Of a DNA stretch of 9,070 nucleotides, positions 6,343 through 9,070 are shown in pieces. The notes below the pieces were generated by a model that was not told where the DNA came from, did no database searches, and worked only from the letters and a program-made list of their open reading frames with translations. A program made the translations under genes and the position numbers. This stretch comes from a virus. Taxonomy: Duplodnaviria; Heunggongvirae; Uroviricota; Caudoviricetes. The number at the start of each line of letters is the position of its first letter. Position 1 is the stretch's first letter. The DNA is taken from IMG/VR virus record IMGVR_UViG_2606217111_000011. One strand, written 5' to 3'.

Positions 6343-7924
6343 GTGGTGTTGTCTCCTCTTCCGGCCTGCGACTCTCCGCTATCTGCTGCTGATACGCCTG
6401 CGCTATCCACACCGGACGTGAGAGTCCGGCTTTTTCCCGCTCTGCAGATTCCCTGACCTGCTGGCGGAAAATGTCCTGATAATCCTCGCCCATCAGCGCC
6501 AGCTCTTTCTCATACGTGCTCAGTCCGGCCTCAATGCGCATCACTGATTCCTGAACCTCCTTGAGCCCGTCAATGGCCATTCTTCCGGCACCAATCCACT
6601 CTGCCCGTGACCAGGCTGATCGCGCCTGATAAAAATCAAAACGTGCCCGTGGCGGACGAATAATCCCCCGAAGAAGTGCCTCTTCCAGCCAGCAGGAAAA
6701 CATCTGCGTGGCCAGCCGGGACGCAATAAATTTTCGCCGCCCCATAAAATAGCGCCACGACTCATTGGCGGATGCGCGGGCACTTGAGTAACTGACCTTC
6801 GAGTAATCACGGGACAACTGTTCGTAGGAAACGCCAAGACCGGCGGCGATATACCGCAGCAGCGCCTGTTCAAGCGCAGAAAATCCATTGTCTGAATCCT
6901 GCGCAGTCTGTAGTTTCAGATCATCACCGGGGAAAAGGTGCGGAATTTTGACACCGCCCAGTGTCACGTTATTCGTGTCATACCAGCTGGAAAACTTCTC
7001 CAGAATATTAATAAGCGGATTATCCTTCTGCTCCTGTGGCGCGCCGGCGATATATTCAAAGGCCTTTTCGGTATCAAGTTCACTTTCAATCGTCGCTGCA
7101 TACATCGCCTTCACTATGGCCGACTGAAGCTGTGTTGCCTGCAGGGAATCGAGCATCTTCAGCCGTTCCATGACGCTGTAAAACTGATTAGCCCCACGGG
7201 TCTGCCCGTCCTCCACCGGCTCGAAAATATGCAGCATGGCCGGACGCCCGGTGGGAAGTTCACGCGGGATCCGTTCCCATCGTCCACTACCAGAGAACGG
7301 AAAATCATCCTCACAGATATGGTACGCGACGGCACGGCCATATCGATCGACCTCCACACCGGCCCGCAGAAAACGGTTCCCCATACCGTGTCCAGGCGTG
7401 TCCACCCGTTTCGGACTCACGGCTTTAAAACGCGTACGGAATAACTGCGTGGTTTCCGTATCCCAGACCGGCTGCACAAAGATTTCGCCGTTAAACGCAT
7501 GAACGCCCACACCTTCACGGATAAATTCCGTGAACGTGCGTTTTCCTTCCACGTCGATCTCGCCAAACATCCCTTCGGCGTATTCCGACCAGGCCGCCTC
7601 CACCTCATCGACAAAGCTTTTTGCTGCGGTCTCCCGCATCCCCAGCCAGCGCCAGTTCGGACGGTAGCTGATCAGAAACATATGCCCGACAATGTGATCC
7701 TTATGCAGAGCCACCGCATTAGCCGCTATTCCGTTATTGCGCACCAGATCATCTGCCCGGGCATTCCCCAGACGCAACGCGGGCAGCAGGGCCGCATCGG
7801 CACTCTGCGCCGGTGGCAACCACTCAGCCATTTGCCCGCCAAATCCTGCACCGCCCCCGTTGTAGCTGAGACTCTCACGAAGCGGAACGCCGTTCACATC
7901 AATCAGGACAGGCGTTCGTTTCAT
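6332..7924 (-). CDS. B: Portal protein
   Basis: Long minus-strand ORF. I place the start at the ATG at 7922-7924 (MKRTPVLIDVNG...), which has a GGGAG ribosome-binding site about 7 nt upstream and overlaps the W stop, rather than the upstream GTG at 7954 used by the track. Conserved blocks recalled from lambda gpB: ARADDLVRNNG, HAFNGE, FEPVEDGQTRGANQFYSVME, AMYAATIESELDT, RYIAAGLGVSYEQLSR, GRMAIDGLKEVQE. Confidence 0.93.
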   Translation of the reverse strand: MKRTPVLIDVNGVPLRESLSYNGGGAGFGGQMAEWLPPAQSADAALLPALRLGNARADDLVRNNGIAANAVALHKDHIVGHMFLISYRPNWRWLGMRETAAKSFVDEVEAAWSEYAEGMFGEIDVEGKRTFTEFIREGVGVHAFNGEIFVQPVWDTETTQLFRTRFKAVSPKRVDTPGHGMGNRFLRAGVEVDRYGRAVAYHICEDDFPFSGSGRWERIPRELPTGRPAMLHIFEPVEDGQTRGANQFYSVMERLKMLDSLQATQLQSAIVKAMYAATIESELDTEKAFEYIAGAPQEQKDNPLINILEKFSSWYDTNNVTLGGVKIPHLFPGDDLKLQTAQDSDNGFSALEQALLRYIAAGLGVSYEQLSRDYSKVSYSSARASANESWRYFMGRRKFIASRLATQMFSCWLEEALLRGIIRPPRARFDFYQARSAWSRAEWIGAGRMAIDGLKEVQESVMRIEAGLSTYEKELALMGEDYQDIFRQQVRESAEREKAGLSRPVWIAQAYQQQIAESRRPEEETTPRET

Positions 7925-8127
7925 AACCTCACTCCCAGCGGACGACGGCGACACCGGGTTGTCCCCAGTACCGACTCCGCATCATTGATCGCACGGTTAA
8001 GCTCATCCAGAGAAGCCGCCGTATATTCAATTCTGCGACCATCTTTCTGGACAGACACCACCCGTTTACCGGTTAATAAATCAAGGCGCGCCTGACGCAG
8101 CGCCTGCAGTTCAGCGACTGTAACCAT
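7921..8127 (-). CDS. W: Head completion / head-tail joining protein W
   Basis: 68 aa, the same length as lambda gpW, with a recalled similar motif (LLTGKRVVSVQKDGRRIEYTAASL). ATG at 8125-8127 is preceded by GGAGGAG. Its TGA stop overlaps the portal ATG in an ATGA arrangement at 7921-7924. Confidence 0.9.
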   Translation of the reverse strand: MVTVAELQALRQARLDLLTGKRVVSVQKDGRRIEYTAASLDELNRAINDAESVLGTTRCRRRPLGVRL

Positions 8128-9070
8128 TCACTCCTCCGGACAGCTTCGCTGCCAGTTCTTTAAGGGTTGGCCGGGTCGTCTCTTCTTCCCGGGATTTTGC
8201 CAGTACAGCCAGATCAAGCTGCCAGCGTTGCACGGACACACGTAATGCCGCGTAGGCATACACCAGGCAGTCCAGCGCTTCGTTACGCCGCTTTTTGTTA
8301 TCCCACAGCAGACGCATCTTTCCTTTTTCCCACTTCTCCACAAGCTCTTCCGCGACCAGTTGCTGCGCCTCTGTCTGCGAAAAAATCTCCGGATCATCAG
8401 GAAAACGGATAGCATACGACGTGGCTTCATCCACAGGCGTGGGATCGGCTTTCATACGGGCATAGAGAATTTCTTTTGCGGTGTCCGTCCCCACTTCACA
8501 CAGATACACGCCCCGCTGATTGCGGGTTTTTGGCATGGTGATCACCGGCTTGCCATAGACAGATGCGCCTTTTACCGGCAGCACCCGGAAAACACCGTGT
8601 TTTTTTGACCTCTGATAAACGATTTCGCCATCGATCCCCCCGATGTCCCAGCAGACACGGGAAATGGTCATTTCGGTTCCGTCTGCATGGCGGTATTTTT
8701 TGTTGATCGCCGCATCCACACGTAACAGCGTCTCTTCCTCATCGGGACGCCCCATAATGATGATTTTATCCACCAGAAAGGCTTCCTCTCCCGGAGCCCA
8801 TCCCCAGACATACATCTCAAAACGGTTTCGCTGCGAGTCAATGCCCGCCGTCAGATAAACCACCCGGGCAGGCACCGCCGCCGTGTAACGCACAACCTTA
8901 TCCATCAGCACCTGGTGATCGAGTTTTTCGCCCACAGCCTCTTCCCAGGTCTCGCCCAGCGTGGTGTTCACAAAGGTTTTCAGGCCGTTGGGATCTTTCA
9001 GTGCATCCAGCCAGTCATAGACAATCTGTACCCAGGTGGTGAACGGACTGTACGCCGTCCAGATATGGAA
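8111..9070 (-). CDS. A: Terminase large subunit, C-terminal part (gene continues beyond the window end)
   Basis: Minus-strand frame is open from 9070 down to the TGA at 8111-8113. Translation (FHIWTAYSPFTTWVQIVYDWL...FVNTTLGETWEE...VYLTAGIDSQ...ILWDNKKRRNEALDC...) matches my recollection of the lambda gpA C-terminal region. The M at 8971 in the ORF track is an internal GTG, not the true start. Confidence 0.9.
   Translation of the reverse strand, partial: FHIWTAYSPFTTWVQIVYDWLDALKDPNGLKTFVNTTLGETWEEAVGEKLDHQVLMDKVVRYTAAVPARVVYLTAGIDSQRNRFEMYVWGWAPGEEAFLVDKIIIMGRPDEEETLLRVDAAINKKYRHADGTEMTISRVCWDIGGIDGEIVYQRSKKHGVFRVLPVKGASVYGKPVITMPKTRNQRGVYLCEVGTDTAKEILYARMKADPTPVDEATSYAIRFPDDPEIFSQTEAQQLVAEELVEKWEKGKMRLLWDNKKRRNEALDCLVYAYAALRVSVQRWQLDLAVLAKSREEETTRPTLKELAAKLSGGVNGYSR

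Noticed and set aside
6332-7954. Upstream GTG start at 7954 for the portal gene (the track ORF begins MSPSSAGSEV)
   Set aside because: The ATG at 7922-7924 has a GGGAG ribosome-binding site, overlaps the W stop as ATGA, and gives an N-terminus that matches the recalled lambda portal start. The extra 10 residues are probably not translated.
8128-8430. 100-aa minus-strand ORF overlapping the terminase gene in another frame, and likewise 6541-6888 and 6117-6317 inside B and C
   Set aside because: They are fully embedded in alternative frames of well-supported genes and have basic, low-complexity composition. They are probably spurious.
1-9070. CRISPR array, tRNA, integrase or attachment site, toxin-antitoxin or defence island
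   Set aside because: I found no direct-repeat and spacer periodicity, no tRNA-like cloverleaf region, and no coding space outside the structural genes.

Overview
This window is a contiguous head-and-tail morphogenesis module of a lambda-like (lambdoid) siphovirus or prophage, with every gene on the minus strand. The order from high to low coordinates is terminase large subunit A (5' end off-window), W, portal B, protease C with a nested in-frame Nu3-like scaffold, decoration protein D, major capsid E, a short FI-like ORF, FII, Z, U, major tail protein V, and chaperones G and G-T; the tape-measure gene H would begin beyond position 1. All assignments rest on my recollection of phage lambda proteins, gene order and gene junctions, not on a database search. 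I do not see a novel defence or cargo system here: the plus-strand ORFs in the track are antisense shadows, and there are no tRNA, CRISPR, integrase or inserted accessory genes. The points worth a second look are local: an FI gene that appears truncated, a threefold tandem repeat in the scaffold domain of C, and a terminator-like hairpin just after E that overlaps a second hairpin covering the FI ribosome-binding site.
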